From Pseudomonadota bacterium (GTDB taxonomy: Bacteria; Pseudomonadota; Alphaproteobacteria; Rhodospirillales; Magnetospirillaceae): a stretch of 47,772 bases of DNA. Made by a program: the position numbers and the translations under genes. Positions 45,092 to 47,772 of this stretch are shown in pieces (the stretch's first letter is position 1; each line of letters opens with the position of its first letter). Location of the stretch: contig JBFMHS010000409.1 in the NCBI GenBank assembly GCA_040751765.1, positions 1 through 47,772 of the forward strand. Direction: 5' to 3'. A model generated the notes under the pieces. The model did not search any database. It was not told where the DNA came from and saw only the letters and a list, made by a program, of their open reading frames with translations.

Positions 45092-46459
45092 TCAGGTCTT
45101 CACCCGCGCGCGGTATTTCAGCACGGTCTCGCCCTTGGCCGGCACGGTGACGGTCCAGGCGGCGGTGAAGGCGCCGTCGCGGAGGTGCTTGGCGCTTTCG
45201 TCCACCACCAGCCATTCGCCGTCGAAGCGCTCGCGCACAGTCACCTTGGCCGGCTTGTCGCCGGCATTGGCGAGCTTGACTTCCCAGGCCGCCTCGGTGA
45301 CCTCGGACGACACCCGCAGGAAGTCGGTCTGGACGCGTCGGGCGGTGACGTCGAAGGCCTCGCCCAGGATGATGCGGGCGGCGGCGCCGTCGGGGGTGGC
45401 GTCCAGCCGGTCCTCGCCGACCAGCAGCGGTGCCCCGTCCTTGGTCGCCTGGGTGACCCGCACCACCCCGGCCGGCAGCGGCTGGCCCAGGCTGTTCTTG
45501 AAGCGCAGTTGCAGCGTCGGATGACGCTGCTCGGGCTCGGCCCAGCGGTCGCGCCAGGCATGGGGCGGCAGCGGGTCCAAGGTCAGCGCCCGTTCCACCT
45601 CGACGGTGGCCGGCGCCGTCAGCGCCACCTGGCGGGTGTCGCCATGGCCCAGGGTGACCGGCCGGGGGATGGCATAGACATGGTAGGGGCCGGCGGCCTC
45701 GGGCGCGGGGGCATCCAACGAGGCGGCCATGGCCATTTCGGCGCGGCCCGCCTTGAGGGGTCTCGGCGGGCGCGGGGCCTGGTTGAGGGTGCCGGCCACC
45801 ACCCGGACACGGGCATCGGCGAAGTCGGCGCCGCTGGTGTTGGTCAGCGTCGCCCAGCCGGCCAGCACCATCTTGTCGCCGTCCAGGTGGGCGGTGTAGT
45901 CGGCACGCCAGTCCAGCCCGCCGGTGAGATAGGAGAAGTCGGCCTCGCGCTTGCCGGCCGAGGCGGCCTCGACCGAGGCGGTCCAGGCCGGCAGCGGCCG
46001 CAGGCCCTCGGGCAGGGCGTCGAACAGCACCCGCTCGGGCTGGCCGGCCACCACCTTGCCGTCGACACGGAACAGCGGCACCGGTTCGGCGGCCAGCACC
46101 ACCGCCCGCTCCTCCTTGCCGGAACCGGGCCATACCACCGTCACCTCGCGCCCCACCGAGGCGGCAAGCAGGCGGGCGGTGTCCAGTCCCGGGGCGGCGA
46201 AGCCATGGTCGCGCACGGCGACGCCGCCGGCGGTCAGTTGGCCCGACCCCAGCCGCGCCTCGCGGGCCACGCCCTCGAGGACCAGCCGCGACGGCCCCTT
46301 GTTCAGCTCCAGCACGCGGCGGTCGCGCACCAGCCCGACATCGCCCTGATAGACGGTCAGCGACAGCTGGGCGCGGTCGGCGGGGGTGGACACCGTCTCG
46401 GCGGCGAGGGCGGCGGCGGGCAGCAGCGCTGCGGCGAGGATGAGGGCGGTGGGGCGCAT
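45092..46459 (-). CDS. Secreted DUF4139-like protein
   Basis: 455 aa with signal peptide 'MRPTALILAAALLPAAALA' and 'DFSYLTGGLDWRADYTAHL...LAGWATLTNTSG', as in DUF4139 proteins (recalled from memory). Confidence 0.65.
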   Translation of the reverse strand: MRPTALILAAALLPAAALAAETVSTPADRAQLSLTVYQGDVGLVRDRRVLELNKGPSRLVLEGVAREARLGSGQLTAGGVAVRDHGFAAPGLDTARLLAASVGREVTVVWPGSGKEERAVVLAAEPVPLFRVDGKVVAGQPERVLFDALPEGLRPLPAWTASVEAASAGKREADFSYLTGGLDWRADYTAHLDGDKMVLAGWATLTNTSGADFADARVRVVAGTLNQAPRPPRPLKAGRAEMAMAASLDAPAPEAAGPYHVYAIPRPVTLGHGDTRQVALTAPATVEVERALTLDPLPPHAWRDRWAEPEQRHPTLQLRFKNSLGQPLPAGVVRVTQATKDGAPLLVGEDRLDATPDGAAARIILGEAFDVTARRVQTDFLRVSSEVTEAAWEVKLANAGDKPAKVTVRERFDGEWLVVDESAKHLRDGAFTAAWTVTVPAKGETVLKYRARVKT

Positions 46460-46539
46460 GGGGCGTGACTCTCCGGTGTGCGAACCTTCCCAGGGGTATG
46501 CTATGAATCCGGCGGTTCCATGGCATCGGAGGGATAAGG

Positions 46540-47679
46540 GTGGACGCGACTATGGTCATTCTGGGGCTGGCGGTGCTGGCGGCGATGGCGCTGGCGGCCT
46601 TCTTCGCCCTGCGCGGCCAGGCCGGAGCCGCCGAGGCGGGCGCGCTGGCCCGCGCGGTGGAGGGCGTCGCCCAGGCCCAGTCCTCGCTGGCCGGCCGGCT
46701 GGCGCAACTGGCCGAAACCCAGGCGGCGGCGCAGGCCCATCTGGCCGAACGCCTCCAGGCCCAGGAGCGGGCGCTGTCCAAGGCGGTCGAGGAGCGCCTC
46801 GCCGACATGGCCAAGCGCATGGACGACGGCCTACAGCAGGCCTCGCACCGCCAAGCCACCACCATGCATGAACTGCGCGAGCGCTTGGCGGTCATCGACG
46901 CCGCCCAGAAGAACATCACCGAACTGTCGGCGCAGGTGGTCAGCCTGCAGGACATCTTGTCCAACAAACAGGCGCGCGGCGCCTTCGGCGAAATCCAGCT
47001 GGCCGACCTGGTCAGCGGCGTGCTGCCGCCCTTCGCCTACGAGTTCCAGGCCCAGATTGGCGACGGCCGCAGGGTCGACTGCCTGCTCAAGCTGCCCAAC
47101 CCGCCCGGTCCCATCGCCGTGGACGCCAAGTTCCCGCTGGAATCCTACCATCAGCTCAGGAACGCCCGCGACGACGCCGAGCGCACGGCGGCCGGCCGCG
47201 CCTTCGCCACCGCCATCCTCAAGCACGTGCGCGACATTGCCGAGCGCTACATCGTCGCCGGCGAGACCGCCGAATCGGCGCTGATGTTCCTGCCCAGCGA
47301 GGCGGTCTACGCCGAACTGCACGCCAATTTCCCCGAGGTGGTCGAGAAATCCTTCCGCGCCAAGGTGTGGATCGTGTCGCCCACCACCCTGATGGCGACG
47401 CTGAACACGGTGCGCGCGGTGCTCAAGGACGCCCGCATGCGCGAGCAGGCCGGGGTGATCCAGAAGGAGGTGCGACTGCTGCTCGACGACGTCGGCCGCC
47501 TTGACGACCGCGTCTCGGCGTTGGACAAGCATTTCAACCAGGCCGCCGAGGACATCCGCCAGATTCGCATCTCCACCGACAAGGTGGTCAAGCGGGCCGA
47601 CAAGATCGAGGCGGTGCAGATGGGGGAGGACGAGGTGGTCGCCGAAGTGGCGGCGCCGCAGCCGAAGCTGCCGGTGTGA
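46540..47679 (+). CDS. rmuC: DNA recombination protein RmuC
   Basis: 379 aa with an N-terminal TM segment, a coiled coil, then 'RGAFGEIQLADLV...VDCLLKLPN...IAVDAKFPLESY...MFLPSEAVYAE...VSPTTLMATL'. GTG start preceded by GGAGGG. Confidence 0.9.
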   Translation: MDATMVILGLAVLAAMALAAFFALRGQAGAAEAGALARAVEGVAQAQSSLAGRLAQLAETQAAAQAHLAERLQAQERALSKAVEERLADMAKRMDDGLQQASHRQATTMHELRERLAVIDAAQKNITELSAQVVSLQDILSNKQARGAFGEIQLADLVSGVLPPFAYEFQAQIGDGRRVDCLLKLPNPPGPIAVDAKFPLESYHQLRNARDDAERTAAGRAFATAILKHVRDIAERYIVAGETAESALMFLPSEAVYAELHANFPEVVEKSFRAKVWIVSPTTLMATLNTVRAVLKDARMREQAGVIQKEVRLLLDDVGRLDDRVSALDKHFNQAAEDIRQIRISTDKVVKRADKIEAVQMGEDEVVAEVAAPQPKLPV

Positions 47680-47687
47680 CGGCCCAC

Positions 47688-47722
47688 CCGGCGCATGAGG
47701 GCGCCGGTGACCGCAGGTCACC
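47688..47722. terminator. Two adjacent 7-bp-stem hairpins after rmuC, between convergent genes
   Basis: ccggcgc-atgagg-gcgccgg (47688-47707) and ggtgacc-gca-ggtcacc (47706-47722). The two stems share 2 nt. Confidence 0.4.
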
Positions 47723-47772
47723 GGGTATGACCGATCAATGCTCGCGGTGGGTGGCGAAGGCGATCTTGTCGA

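Noticed and set aside
47735-47772. The 3' end of a minus-strand gene running off the window (...DKIAFATHREH, stop at 47735-47737).
   Set aside because: Only about 12 codons are visible, which is too short to support coding status or identity.
1-47772. A search by eye for CRISPR arrays, tRNA or rRNA genes, IS elements or integrases, prophage genes and large repeats.
   Set aside because: I found none. The only repeats seen are the short ones reported (15-bp tandem in rnfC, 11-bp tandem at 18103, 6-bp tandem at 27653). A computational scan (tRNAscan-SE, Infernal/Rfam, self-dotplot) would be needed to exclude small RNAs.

Overview
Very GC-rich, densely coding chromosomal window. The gene content (CtrA, DivK/DivL-like proteins, plant-type GshA, dapF-mtaB-ftsY, rpmH-rnpA-yidD-yidC-engB-argB) points to an alphaproteobacterium, possibly Rhodospirillales-like; that assignment is inference only. 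I support about 55 CDS and saw no rRNA, tRNA, CRISPR array, IS element or prophage by eye.

Main blocks:
1. kdsB and pheA.
2. A minus-strand rpmH-rnpA-yidD-yidC-engB-argB chain whose genes overlap at start/stop codons.
3. tam and a creatininase-family gene.
4. apbE-orfX-rseC followed by a complete rnfABCDGEH cluster.
5. A PhoQ-like histidine kinase, an OmpR-type regulator and a PepSY gene, divergent from a cytochrome b::SHP fusion plus diheme cytochrome c operon.
6. dapF-mtaB-ftsY-rhodanese.
7. A CtrA neighbourhood: a DivL-like pseudokinase, ctrA, fliI-fliJ, an embedded mazEF-like toxin-antitoxin pair, an RlmM-like methyltransferase, an orphan gene, a large REC-PAS-GGDEF-EAL protein and a DivK-like regulator.
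8. gshA and a standalone chorismate mutase.
9. A second orphan gene, then ubiT-ubiU-ubiV (O2-independent ubiquinone synthesis) with a perfect FNR/FixK box.
10. A REC plus cNMP-binding protein, LysE, an NDUFA9-like gene, a DUF4139 gene and rmuC.

I see no clear-cut large novel system. The best candidates for new biology are:
- two DHp (HisKA) domains that lack the phospho-acceptor His (Ala in the DivL-like protein; Arg in the GGDEF-EAL protein, which also has no ATPase domain), with the GGDEF-EAL gene translationally coupled to a DivK-like gene;
- an unannotatable 315-aa protein inside the apbE-rseC-rnf maturation context;
- two orphan soluble proteins of 366 and 338 aa;
- a toxin-antitoxin pair coupled into a flagellar-export/rRNA-methyltransferase gene array;
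- directly readable operator candidates (11-bp tandem repeats, a CtrA half-site, an FNR box).

Many very long antisense or out-of-frame ORFs in the track are high-GC artefacts.
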